From positions 12,533,675 to 12,597,674 of the forward strand of contig OZ037768.1 in assembly GCA_964035545.1 (NCBI GenBank): a stretch of DNA of 64,000 nucleotides, read 5' to 3'. The notes below the pieces were generated by a model that searched no databases, was not told the DNA's origin, and was given only the letters and a program-made list of their open reading frames with translations. A program made the position numbers and the translations under genes. Below are positions 20,886-34,866 of this stretch, one piece after another. The DNA is from Bugula neritina. Lineage: Eukaryota > Animalia > Bryozoa. Numbering within the stretch: the stretch's first letter is position 1; each line of letters begins with the position of its first letter.

Positions 20886-21159
20886 ATTTTTGCTTTCAAG
20901 TCAAACTGATACATAATTTATACTGAATGTTAGCAATTCTGCAACCCTTGCGTAGTTATATCGATACAGTAAATGTAATTGCTATCTCTATAAGTATGTG
21001 TAACTGGTAAGTTACTACTCAGTAATTAATTTTCTACTAGACTAAAACTATGTCGTCGTCTAAGGGTACTCCAACTCTACAGCTACACTGACACTCTACA
21101 GACTACACAGTCTACAGTCTGAGTCTGCTCTCAGTCTCACCCTCAGTTCTAGTTCTGGT

Positions 21160-21560
21160 ACGGTAGTACTACTGCTACTACTACTAGTACTAGTACTATT
21201 ATCGCTAGTAGTAGTAGTTGTAGTACTGCTGCTGCTGTTACTGCTATTACTAACACTTATACTAATACTAATAGTAATAGTAATAGTAATACTAATACTA
21301 ATAGTAATACTACTACACTACTACTAGTACTAGGTCTACTGCTACTACTGTTACTGCTAATACTAATAGTAATAGTAATACTAATTGTAATACTAATATA
21401 ATAGTATTACTACTACTACAAGTAGTAGTGCTAGTAATACCGTCAGAATACTAGTGCCACTGTTAGTGTTACACTTACAGTTACTCAGTTACTGTTACTG
21501 TTAGTGTTGCTGCTGCTACTACTACCACTACTACTACTAATATTAGTAATAGTGTTGTAG
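21160..21560. repeat. Low-complexity (ACT/AGT/AAT)n trinucleotide-like tract
   Basis: Direct reading. Confidence 0.85.
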
Positions 21561-22534
21561 TGGAATTATGGACTTTAGATTTATTCAATTATCATTCTAC
21601 ATTCTCATCTCCCAACGCCCAGCTCTACTCCACATAAAATAACTTTCTATTGGTATGCAGACTAGAGACAATTAATGTCATCACAATAGCCAAGCTGTCT
21701 CCTACTGTCTGTAACATTTACTAATTTCGTTGTAATTACAATTACATTTTCGCTTTGAAGCCAGTTCCCATACGTCAAACACCCTGATCCTGCAGCTGCG
21801 TGGCTTTATCCTTATATGGAGATGCAGCCACCCTTGTAAAGGCAGTAACCTATCCTGACTGCTAGCTGACGTGGAACTAACCGGCAAGAAGTATCTTGCT
21901 ACACCCAACAGCTATCTGAAGTCACTTCTCTGTAAGACCCAGCTTCAGGTAGACGTACCCAGAAGAAGAGGAGTCATCCACAATCTACAAGGTAATTACC
22001 ATAAATTATATGCATATAATACTGTTAAAGTAAATCACTAAGGCCATATTAGTAACAGCTATACAGTAAGTTGTAGCTGGATACCACAAGATCCCTTTAT
22101 AACAATAGCATTACTACTAGTAATAATAGTTATGGTATTATTATTAGTATTAATATTATAATTACTACTAACCAACTAAGCTTTAAATTTAATTTTACTA
22201 TTTATTTGTAGGCAATTTATTTTTCAAAAATTGTGATTTTCTTTATTGTTTAAAAATATAATTAGCAGTCAGGTGAACGTGTAATCTAAAACGAAGGTAC
22301 ACTTTTGCATAGTGATTCTTGGGTAGCATGTGCTGCACATTGACAGCTGGAAACACATTTACATTAGATTCTATATTTTAGCTAGTAACAAAACATTGCA
22401 TAGTCATTATAAAACAAATAGAATCCATGCTAAAAAAATTTAAGCAACATTTAGATTTCTAACAATTATACAAAGTATCCAGTGCCACTCTATTGTAATG
22501 TATCCAGAATGATCATTTCAGAAGTTTTATTCAG

Positions 22535-23252
22535 CCTATGTCTTGTTCTTTGGGGAAGTATTTGACGTTAGTGTAGAAAGCCTGACTTCTGCTGATGTAG
22601 AGGACAACTCTGTGACATGTGCCATCTGCACAAAGAAAGGGATAGAGAAAGTACCAGCAGTGATCTACTGCACTGTGTGCAGTAAACTATTTTTTAGAAA
22701 ACATGATGAGGTAATTCCTTCCCTTAACTCTTTGTTGAATCTATTGATGACTGTTTATTTTGTGATTTCTCAGCTTTTCCACGTGATGGTCACAATTGCT
22801 ATAAATTCACTTTATTGTGAAATGCTTTTATGGGCAAATGGAGGAGAATGTAGGGCCAAATCTTTTGCTTGAGTTTCCTGATATTGTTGTTACATATACG
22901 TTTTTACACATCAATTACTAATTACATTCAATTATTTGAAAAAATGTGATTAATTACTATCAATTACAATTACAAATTGCAACTACTCCAACTCTGGAAT
23001 ATAGTGTGGTTAGCATTCAACTAAATTATATTAAAACAATATGTAGGTGCGTGTATGTTTTCTTTCAATTTCTGGATATATACTATATTTAGGCTGTAGT
23101 AAACCGGTTATAATGTAGGTAGACAGATGTCTATGCTAGAAGAGGCAACTGTTAAGAGTGATAGTAGATCATTTGATCTCCATGTGTATAAAGACATGTT
23201 GATTGTACCCAGATCTGATGAGAAAAAAGTTCTATTCTACCAACTCAACTGA
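22535..23252 (+). pseudogene. B-box zinc-finger gene remnant: B-box exon ~22535-22710 plus terminal exon 23119-23252
   Basis: CAICTKKGIEKVPAVIYCTVCSKLFFRKHDE ends at a gag|gtaatt donor. The ATG at 22538 is out of frame with the B-box, an expected Cys appears as Phe, and the two exons are phase-incompatible, so middle exons are missing. Confidence 0.55.
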
Positions 23253-23847
23253 ACAGGTATTATGTATATAGTAGGAGTTATGTCCCTCCTATGACATTTT
23301 GTAAGCTTATGCAGTCCATGCTTCAGACTTGTCCGTTATATTATATTAGGTAGGGACAACTTCAGAACTTTCCGATTCTCAAAATTCAAACACTTGCCAA
23401 AGCAAGAATATGTGGAAATGTTGAAAAACCTATCAAAGTGATAGCATAGGATAACACTGTTTTGACCAATAATATTTGTCGATTCATTTGCTGTGACATC
23501 AGGCACAAGAACTAGTTCAGCTTTTCTCTGCTTTCATTTTTGTTCAATTCAACTTAACCTTTTTGTCAGGTATGTTTATCCTGTCAAACTCTTTTCTTAT
23601 CTTTCAGTTTATTCCCCAAGCCTTGGTTTATGTTACTGGTTATGATATCTCATAAGAAACTAGTAATTATCATCCTGAAGTTGCCTCCTCACTTCTTTTA
23701 TTTTTCATCACAAGAAATCAGGTTGATGTGGGAAAGGAAGTAGTCTTTGCAGCAAACGCATTTAGTTATTTTGTTTACAAAGTGACAAGTGTGAAGACAG
23801 CTGATTGGGCAGTTCTTTTGACCTAATAACACTGGTTGGTTATGTAC

Positions 23848-25893
23848 CAGGGTTGGGGTCAATTACATGTGAATGTAATTAATTACAATTACATCAAAGT
23901 TTGTCAATTACAATTACAATTATAATTACAGATAAAAAGTAATGAAATTAATTACAATTACAATTACTTGACAATGTAATTAATTACAATTACTTTTGTT
24001 CTTACAAGCAATAAATAGAAGTTCTGCAAGCTCACTTATAGTGTCCAAATACCAGGGGCAATTTTGACAGGAGTGAACCTCCTTTGTTCTCAACAGTGAT
24101 ACTATACTACCTAGACCAGTGATTCCCAACCTTTTTCAGACTATCCCCCTCTTTCATAAATGTTGACTATTAATTCCCCCCCCCCTCCATTCAAAGAGCG
24201 AAAAGATTTTATGACTTACTGAATGAGAATATATGATACAATGCAATATATTTTGTTCTATTATATTTGCATATAATATAATTATCTTAATAGTAATATT
24301 ATCATTATTTTTGTGTTATAAAACACAGAGCAGTCCAATTATTAATGTTATGGCTTCAGTTGATGCTTTTGTGCCATCTTGGTTAAGTCCGACTCTGTTT
24401 ATGACCAGGCCCATCTTTAGTCACTCTGCGGGTTAAGGCAGTTTCTTTTCTCTTTGAATCAATGAGAATCTTACCTCACACAGATAGGTGGTGCTAGATG
24501 GCACCAAAACTTTGATTTGTCAGCTATGTGTGGGAAGAGTTTGCTTGTTGAAACCCAGAAATACTTTAGGTCAAAATGGCACATGTAAAAGTGGCACACT
24601 GATGTGAAATTTTTCCAAACTCAAACCCCCAATCTTTGAACCCAAACCCCCTACCCTCTAACTCAAACCCCCACCCTCAAACTCCAGAACCTCAGGTAGA
24701 AACCTAAAATTTTTACCTCAAACCCTTTTTTTAAACTCCAAACCCCCACCCCAACATTGAAAACATGTGCCATTTTTACCTACTTTTCCATTTGTGCCAT
24801 TATTACCTATACCATTTCTACTGGACACCACCCACAATCCATCAATTGGAGATAGCTTCAAATCATCCTTCATTGTTAAATTGTGAACCAACTCAATGAA
24901 ATCCTCCTATGATTTCTCTAAAAACTTTTCAACAAAGCGTTGCAATGAGTCACATTTCAAGTTGAGAATCTAGCTCTTTCTTTTTGGGAGGTAGCTTAGA
25001 GAAATATTGTTAAAACTTTATTAACAGTTCAGAGATGAGAGTAGAGAGAACAGGCGGTGTCCGGTAAAATGGCACATGTAAAAGTAGCATTATTGGCACA
25101 AATGGAAAAATTAAATAAAAATGGCACATTTTCAACCTTAGCATTGGAGATTTGAATTGGGGGTTAGGCATTCAGAATAAGGAGTTTGGAGGTCTGGGTT
25201 TTTGGGTTTGGAAAAATTTAACACCAGTGTACGATTTTTACCTGTGCCATTTTTGCCTCAAATTAGAACAGGTTTCCTGCATTTTTAGGTTCAGATTATT
25301 TAGTGTAGAAAATATTATATTCACCAAGTATGTAGTACATACAATTTATAGAAATTGACTTGCATAGCTGCTAAAAGTTGGCCTGTTGGTTTTTGCAAAT
25401 TTTTTGACCTCCATCGGAAATAGCGAAGAGAACAGTTAGGGTAGAGTAACTAATAAACACATTAATGTAGAAGTAAACTAAGATTGCAGAATATGGTTTG
25501 GTTAAATAGATGAACTAAAAAAAGATTTATAGATATGCATATATACTTATGTAATGTGCAAGAGCTCAAAAAGCCTTCAACAAAGTGCGTGAATTTTTTA
25601 AAATCCAAATCCTCCCTAAAATGTCCAAATTCCCCCCTAGGGAGAATTCCCCACAGGTTGGGAACCACTGACCTAGACCTAATCTGAACTTGTTATTCAA
25701 CAGTAGGCATGGTAGAAAAAGTAGGACATTTTTAAAATTTTAAAGTTTGAAGTAATTGACATGTAATTATAAAGTAATTGTAAAAATCAATTACATTAGC
25801 AATGTAATTAGTTACAATTATTAATTACAAATTACATTCAATTACTTGAAAAAATGTAATTTATTACAACCAATTACAATTACCCCAACCCTG
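23848..25893. mobile_element. Non-autonomous hAT element (outer), absent from duplication copy 1
   Basis: TIRs CAGGGTTGGGGT/ACCCCAACCCTG; 8-bp TSD TTATGTAC (23840-23847, 25894-25901); empty site ggTTATGTACatta at ~1121-1134. Confidence 0.93.
24117..25670. mobile_element. hAT-Charlie/Buster-like element nested in the outer hAT, carrying decayed transposase sequence and further small insertions (~24570-24830, ~25055-25260)
   Basis: TIRs CAGTGATTCCCAACC/GGTTGGGAACCACTG; TSD ACCTAGAC (24109-24116, 25671-25678); minus-strand remnant KVLVPSSTTYLCE near 24475-24515 resembles the hAT dimerisation domain. Confidence 0.88.
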
Positions 25894-27872
25894 TTATGTA
25901 CATTACCATCTCATTCATACATTTGTTATTGTAGAATTGTTTATAATATTATCCATCATACAGTACTGATGGCTCTGTGGTAGCAGTTGTTGTATATTTT
26001 CTACCTTATAAGACTGAATATTCTATACTACTTGCTTTCTATTGACAATTAAAAACAGTTCATCATATATAATATATACCTTTCAAGACTAATATATAGT
26101 TTACTCTATATTACTTCTAGTAGTATACTGTCAGCATGTTTTAGCACTTGCAAATCAGTGTCAAAATTAGTCATGTGGCATGTTGGTAATAGTCAAGCAG
26201 CCTAGTTTTTGGATTGTTGAAGAACATGAAAAGGTGGACCATTAGTGATAAACTTAAATTACTAATAGCATGTTATGTCACCCTTCACTCCTTATATATA
26301 TTCCTGTATTGATTATTGATACCGTCTTCTTGTTAAAAATATTGCATTTGAGAATAGATCTATTCACATCGGACTGTGAATCTGAAAACTAATATAAAAT
26401 GACTGATTTTTCAGGTTTTCGTTTAAAAACAGCAAAGCAATTAGTAACAGTTACTCTGCACTACATGGGGTACATTAATGGCCTGCAAGTCTGATAAGGC
26501 TACTGGAATATGAAGTATCTTTCTGACTAGCCAGTGCAGTCTGACATAAGTTTGAAGTTGGTTTATAGAATTCCATTTCATTAGAGGTTCATAAGAGCAG
26601 TTAATATAGTAGAGAGAAGATAACTCTCTCTCACAGGTTATTCAAATAATAGTAGGGGGAGGGGGGGGGGTGGAATGGTCATAGGTGTACAAAAAGATAA
26701 TTATCTCACAAGTTATTGAGTTGTAACTCTGGTAGGTTTTCATATATTATGTATGTTATATTACAGTCATAGAATTTTAATAAGATCATTGATCTTAGCT
26801 CGTTCATAATTACATTTACCATTAAAAATTTAGCACTATTATAATTTACTCAAGTTGCAGACGGGCTCACATGCTCCAACAGGTAAGTAAATAGGAAAAC
26901 ATGCTGAACATAGTACTGCTTTTTCAAATTTGTTCTTATATTAGGTTTTTAAAAACCTGCAGTGAAAAAGTTATTTAAAAAATTATTCACTTAATTTATT
27001 CACTTTATTCATCCAATTGTCCTGCAGGTACCAAATTTATATGAATTTCAATAATTTTTTATTAAGATTTAAATTAAATACAAACTGTCTACCACTTTGT
27101 AAAATATGGAGAACCTGCAATTGTTGCTTATAAGTCCTAATAATCAGATATTAAAGTTAATGTAATAGTAAATTTAAATATTTGCTAAATTCAAATTGGG
27201 ATACCATTGTTGTATGACATCACAATCATAATACTACCCACAACAAAAACTGCTTACATCATAATTGTTAGTCTACATTTCTATTGAAAGCATTATTGTC
27301 TTAATATTATGTTGAATGTTAATATGCTTATACTGCGAAAATGATATTAGAATTATTCAGAAGCTTTAGGGCCTCAATTACCAATTTGGGTAAGTTTTGC
27401 ATGAAAATCTAAATAATTTGCAAACTTGTCTAACACTATATATATGTTAGTCACTTGGGTTTAGCTGATTTTGTTCCAATATAAATATATTAATCAGCTA
27501 CATGTATGTACACTCCTATAGTGACTGCATCATATGAATGTTTGTCATATCCTTCTCAGTTTGGCTAATTAAAGCTGCCTGCATTACTATATGGCAATCT
27601 GGGCATATCTTCTTGCCATCATTATAAACAATCAGGCAGAAGTTTAAATATTTTCATTCAAGTGTTTGCACACAGTAAAATACACATCAATCTGGTGAAT
27701 ATAGTCCTATTAGAGGAAGATGAAACACTATTACAGTATTATTTTTTACCTACTATTTTGTTTTGGGCAAAGGGATACAGTAAATCTAGTATTCAAATCC
27801 CATAGAGTTCTTTCAATCAGATTGTAGAATGAATATATCTGAGTTTATACATGACAGTATTGTCCCTTTTAG

Positions 27873-30800
27873 TATGTTGCCGAGCTAGTGAATCTGAAAT
27901 AGAGGTTGACAGTGAGGAACTATCTATTGATTACAGTGAGATCAGTAGTAGTCAACTACATACACCCTCTTCTCTAGACAATGAAGACCCATCTTCAGTA
28001 AGCACACACTCAACTTAAAGAGTTAGGAAAAACTGCAGAACTACACTGCAAAGACTTTCACTTTTACATTTAGTTTTAGTTTTAAATTGAGAAGACTTGA
28101 AGTTCCTGGTTGACTATTTTAAAAATGGTGATTTACTTTTCTGTTTCATCACTACTTTGAGAAACCTGTATAGCTATACAAATAGTGTTTTTTTATTATG
28201 TAACAACAAGAGTTAAAGGAGTGAGTAGTGTAGATAGAGTACTGCTTCTGTTGCAGCATGAATTTGATGTGAATGTTGAGGTTAGAGATAACTATTCCCT
28301 GCTGCATGCAGCAGCAAAAGAGGGAGATAAAAAAGTGATAACTTTATTTTCAAGACATTCAAAACTATTTGATTCCATGACTAAGGTAACCATTTAGTGT
28401 ATTCAGTGCCTCCACCTGAGAACAACCGTTGGCTGTGTATGTTGGTTCAGACTGGTAAAGACCAGTCTACCAAAATTTACTTTCAATTATCGCAGAATTT
28501 ACTCCTAAATTATTTTGAGTTACATGTAGACGCAGTGCATGCTGGTGCTTGTAGAATGGATTGACACCTCTCCATGTCAGCATTGAAAACAATCAACAGG
28601 CAGTAACTAGGATCTTACTCCAAAAAGGCGCAAAGCCTGAACTCAAAAATGATGATGGACATACAGCTCTGCACCTAGCTGCTCAGCATGGTCAAGCTGC
28701 AATAGTTTTACTTCTGCTGGAGAAATATGGTGTCTCCCCTGACAGCAGGGCTAAGGTGAGAGTTATTCTGCTAAACTTGAGATAGCTCACCAAAATTATG
28801 AACATTTTGGAGTCTGTTTGATCAATGTATGTTAGTTTCATTACTTTTCATGATTAAAAATTACCTACATTGTAAATGGCCATGTTAATGTTCTGCTTAC
28901 TGTTGAACTACATAACCTATAAAAAGAATTGTTATATTTTCTTGTATCTAGAAACACTCACCATAATGTTAGTAAGAGTGCTTACATCTTGTTAATTATA
29001 TTCTCTATTCTAATCTCTGATGATTCATAAAGTCTACTGAATGGTTACTAGTAATTGTGTTTACAGAATGGCTACACGCCTCTACATTATGCTGTGAAAA
29101 AAGGAGACGTCGATACTGTCTGTGCTTTGATTGAATATGGCGCAGGAGTAAGCGCAGAGTCGGAAGATGGGTACACCCCCCTACACCTTGGGGCTATGGA
29201 TGGACTCAGTGATATTGTATCGATGCTGTTGGAAAATGGTGCTAGTCCCAACTGTTATACCAAAGTAAGTCTACATTTTCCGAACAGCTAGCGATGTTAC
29301 AGTTACTTCTTGTGATCAACTGCCAGTGCGGCAGCATACTATCTCAACATTTGATGTTTTAAGTTTCTTTATTCAAACTTCTATTACTTTTTTATTCAGC
29401 AGATATCTATTATATAAGTGATTAATAGTTGATTAGTTTTTATTTATAACTGATTTAAATCAAGGTCCTGAATCTGTCAAAGAGGAAGTTAACTTTCATT
29501 TTAAATCAGCTCGTAAGTAGAGAAGCTACAAATCTAAGAAAATTAACTCCAAGTTACCAAAATAATGTGACAACACAAACTGTGCCCTTAATGTTACAAC
29601 TGCAACTGTTATACCAACTGATTATTATCGTGAACTATGACCCTTATCATGAAATGGAAAACATAAAATTGAAAGCTTTTCTTATTAAATATTATTTGAG
29701 TATTGAATATTGAATATTTGATTGAGTTGCTACTGCTATGGTATATTTTAGGACGGATTAACCCCAATGCACCTGTGCAGGCAGAGAAACCATGCTCTCA
29801 TAGCAGAGATTCTTTTGAAGTATGGTGCTAGTCTCCCTACAACTTCTAAAGCTGAGAGACATAGTGGTCAGGTAAATATTGTAAAATCTCTGTCAAAACA
29901 TGAAGCAGAAGTAGAAATTGCCCTTACATTATCTGTTAATAAATCATCTACAGTTTGATATCAGAATCATAACATTGTAGTATTCAATATTGCAACTTAT
30001 ATTGGACTAAACATATTTGATAGTGTGTTAATTTTGTGTTCACATTGACTTAGTCTGACATTTAATTTTGTGTCAGCAAAACATTGCTACAGCATCTTCT
30101 GGGCCATTAGTCAATGATTTGATCAAACCATTTCTAAACTTTGTCTCACAAGCTGATTGCACATGTGAGGAAATTAGTAGTCAATCTGGCTCTGTCTAGC
30201 GTTTATCTGGATCACAGTCTATTTCTAATTCATGAGCTAAAAGTGCATCATTTTACTCGTTTTGATATAAGCGTTTTCCCAATGCATGTCAGTTCTGTTT
30301 TTGGTCAATTATTGATTTTTTGAGTCAGCTAACTAGTAAATATAACATCAATGAAATTTACAGATGCTGACTGAGATTAGATGGAGCTTTAAAATATTTG
30401 GAGTAACAAGTTTACTAGAAATTGGTCATGTTTCGCTAAGTATTGAGATATACAAGTCGATAATTTTGTGTGAATCAGTGTAACTGCCAAAAGAATGATA
30501 AATTTTCAATTATTCTGTTTATTTAAGACCTTCTATAGTTACTGGTTTTTTAGTTAGGCACTCTTCACTTGATAGATTGGTCATAGCATTATGAATGTTG
30601 AATTAGTATATTTGGAGTGCATTATATCATCATTATATATATTATAAACGCCTATTGAAGTGTCTATTTATGAAAATGTATATTTAGTGTGATTGTACAA
30701 TAGCAATGCAATAATTTCCTTGTAGGTGTATAGTATGCAGAGCGTTGAGACAAAACCTCGAACAGCAAAAATCAGGCGGGCTTTACGTAGCATCGCCTCT

Positions 30801-32552
30801 GCTGGTAAGGATCTGATTATTAACTCACCAATTACTTTGTTTCATACTGGCAATTATTTGCAGAATTAAATTGTTAAGAATTTTTCGAATCGAAAATTAC
30901 TAATTTATGGTTTTGCATAATGATAAAACCCATAGCTAATTTTACTTTATTGTTAGAGGCCTAGTGAGTTCCAAGCAATAATTTAGCCATCAATTTATGT
31001 AAGTATATATCAGTTCTTTACGAACACGCAGCGACTCACACGCAAGCACATACAAACACGCACACACCCACACACACCCATACTAGTAGTTTATTCTATT
31101 CATTTTAGGCCTCAAATGCAAGAGTGTTTTTACTCTGAAAAAGAGAAAAACTTGTAAGAGGGCCCACAGCACACTTCATTCTCAGGAGGATTTACACTCT
31201 GACAATTCAATGAAAAGTAAAAACCCTGGAGTCACTAAGTACGTTTAGTATATAATGTACCCAACTATATGTGAACCAAATTGATCTATTTTTCTATATA
31301 TCATATAGAAAAAAAATGCAATGAGCATGTTTCTCATTCTTTGGCTGTATGTAGTTCAAAAGCGGTTTATGAAAGACATTTTGTAAATTTGTTTTATAAA
31401 ATCAGTTTTTTTTTCATTATTTGTAGTGAGAAGCTCAAATTGAAAAGGTAATGATAACTAACTTGGAAGAATTGTTGCAGTTAAAACTGTTGCTAAGCAT
31501 TACTCAGTTCTATTGGGTTTGTTTTAATAATTACAGTAGAAGCTTTTCTATATATATAAGAAAACTGCTACTGCAATAACAACACACGCCCACACACACA
31601 CACACACAAACACACACATGCACACATAAATTAACTACCAGCTACTTCATTATCAACTGCGTTGACATGGTATATGCATCTCACTTTAGATTCCGTATCA
31701 GTTTCCTGGTGGATGCCAGAGGAGGAGTCTTCCAGGGATGCCGAGAGAAAGTGCATTTTACCATCCCACCTGGTGTGGCAACCGGACCAATGAGAATTGT
31801 GTGCCGTCTCCTTGAGAAAGGAGTGATGCCCTCTTTTCAGTACGATGAATTACTCATCTTCCCCATTCTCTCTCTAGAACCTGCTTGTGCTGCCTTTATT
31901 GGGTAATTTTTATTCACACACTTGTCATTGAGTTTAGTGGGAGAAACTGAAAATCTTTATATCATTTTTATTACTTTTTTATGTTTTCATTAAACTTTAT
32001 TACATCTTTATTCAAACACAGTACATGTAAAAAGTAAAACTGTTTTCTAAAAATGGCACCTGTGGTTTTTCTTTTCAGCCCTATCATAATAGATGTTGCT
32101 GCTAGTCAAGATGAACAGGAAACCATTGTCATCGCAAGTGATGATGGTGTAACATGGCAGGAACATAAGCAGACAGTGAATGACAGCCTTTGTGGTGTGT
32201 AGTATTAAATAGTAAATTTTTTAAGACCCTCTCTGATATCTTTTGAAGCTAATAGTAACATGCAATATGATCAGAATTTAAGTGAAATTAGCTTCTGCTT
32301 ACAATGCAAATAGTAGCACTATTAATACATTGTCCCTCTTTAGATAAAAATATTAAGATGGTAAACTTGTATCAAAGCATAGCAAGAAAACTTATATGCA
32401 TAACTAATCTGATAAATGTTATGTGCTCTTTAGACGTTGAGACTTTGGACAGAATAGTAGAAAAGAATATGACGAGAATTGTTACAGCGAGGCTGCGCCG
32501 ATATTTTGCTTTCGTCTCAAAAGCGAAAAGGGAAAATACTTCTGACTTCTGA
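27873..32552 (+). CDS. Mini-ankyrin (ANK + ZU5), copy 2. Exons: 27873-27997, 28257-28385, 28555-28755, 29067-29264, 29752-29871, 30726-30804, 31109-31238, 31427-31447, 31690-31902, 32079-32194, 32434-32552
   Basis: Same exon lengths and GT-AG sites as copy 1, open frame, same TGA. The last intron is ~280 bp shorter. Confidence 0.85.
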
Positions 32553-34834
32553 AGTTTCAAAACTATTATGTGAAGATTATATAGAAAACTATATAAAAGA
32601 CATTATTATCATCAACTGCTATATATAAATATTAATTATGTTGCACTGTAAGAAAATAAGTTCTTAGCTCTCAAACTACTTTTGTGATTTAAAATGAAGT
32701 GTGCTTTATTCAATGCTTTGGGCTTTGATACTTTGTCCAGTCATCAAGTTGTTATTTTGATTCTCATTCTCCAACGTAAAGGGGAACTTCAAAACATATT
32801 TGGCTACGAAATTGGCATCAAACAAATTAAAATCTTTGGTTTTAATACTAATTTCAAGTGTTTTACCAATGTTTATTTCTAAATTTTTGTAGAGTGTATA
32901 CTGCTTGCTCTCACATCTCATCTATATTCACATATATTTGTCTATTTAAAGCACTTTTGTGTAATTGTATACATTCACTCGCTTAATCACATATGTATAT
33001 TATAGAGGAACAATAGTGTATAATATTCTGTACCAATATATCTGAGGGTAAAATTGTTTTCCTCATTCAATACACACATGTAAAGTGTACACCAAAACAT
33101 ACTTTGTTGTTGATTAAGTATTCCACATAAATCCCTGGTGCATGTAATGTTGATAAGTATAGTCAACCACACTGATTATACATTTTGCCACAAACTAGTT
33201 AGAGATGAAAACGAATATTATAAAAACTTGCCAAGCAGCCATTAATTACAAAACCATCTTAAAAATAGCAGCATACTTTTTGAAACAGCAAGTAATAATT
33301 AGAATTAATTTGTTTGTGTTGTTTAAATTGATCAAAGTTAATCATTTTGTGTGACAAAAGTAAACTCATTTGAATTATTAAGAACTCTCTTCTTGGCAAA
33401 TGTTGATAAGATAATTCTTTTATGATCCTCTAAGTGTAATGGTAGTAGCCTACTGAGTATAATTATAAGCATTAGTGAGAACGCTTAGGAGTTACTTCCC
33501 CAAAGAAAGTAGTTCTATAATATTCTTTGTGTGTAGCATGTATAGTGTCAATATACTTAGTCACATTACATATCTAAAACATTACAGCTGCAATATTATA
33601 TTTGCAAAGCCTAACTAATGAAACATGCAAGCAATTCCAGTGGCTAGTTTTGTTATGTGTTCTGAAGTTATCCTACTTACAAATACATAGCTCATGTAGC
33701 TATGTACATGGTGAAGACCGCAGCCAACCTATATAAACCTTGAACAATGAGGTTGGCAGCGTCTCACAACTTGACCCTCTGGTGAGTAGTAGCTTATGTA
33801 AAGTAATACAACACTACTCTTGATTTTTATATAAATACCCAAAATATTATATATATGCTGGGGAACACTTTATGAATCAAAACCTAGTTAACTTTATGCA
33901 ACTTTACTCAACCTAACAATTCATTGCGCCAAACACAATTTTAGCTGCATACCCTAGATGATGTATATAAGATTATAGAGCTATACCTGACTAGAAAATT
34001 AGTTGTACAGTTCCTTAGAGTTAAGTTTATGTTATTAGCCCTAGATCTCCAACGTAAACCCTTTCAGTTGTCACATTTCACAAAGCCTGTTAGTCTTCAT
34101 CTGCAATAAATTAGGTAAACTATAATATTTTCAAACAGTTGGGTAGCTTTCCATTTAGTGAAAGTTTAAATGAACATGATATGGTTTGTTGTGCACATAA
34201 CAAGTAAGACGATTTTGTTTCTAAAAGATTTTTATCATTTTAATGACTAAAGGATGATGAATTTTATGAAGCTGTCTCATTTGTTTTGAAGTGATGGATT
34301 GGGGTTTTGGTGTGGGGAAGTTTACTACCAGATTTGCCATTTCTACCAACTCATCTATTTGCGCCATTATTATCACTTGTGCCGTTTTAACTGTGCTATT
34401 TTACTTATAAAATAGTATTATGCAAGTTGTAATTTTGCAACACAAAGTCAGTGCTCATATTGGGACTATTAGTTTCCAGTTCTTACTACTGCTAGTTCAT
34501 ACTAGCTTACAGTTTTTTACTGTAAATCCTAGTAGCTTTTTGAAAAAGAACAGGTGCATTCGAAAATATTTGCTATAATGAAAAATTAGCATATCATCAT
34601 CCTATACTACTGTAAAAGCAGTGGAAAGCTTGATAGGTTTCATGATCGGTCATGATCCTTAACACTTATAGATTGAGGTACTGATTATGAATTAGTTTGT
34701 TGCAATGCTGACATTAGGGGTATACAAGGGAAATACTGGAGATACGAAGGAAATACAGGGTATACACAAGGGAAACACTGGGTATACAAATGAACTATGG
34801 GGTATACAAGAGAGATACTTGGTTATATACAAGA

Positions 34835-34859
<25 letters not shown>

Positions 34860-34866
<7 letters not shown>

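Larger units (their letters stand above)
22728..33790 (+). repeat. Segmental duplication unit, copy 2 (with a 2-kb nested hAT insertion)
   Basis: Colinear with 1-9520. Confidence 0.92.
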
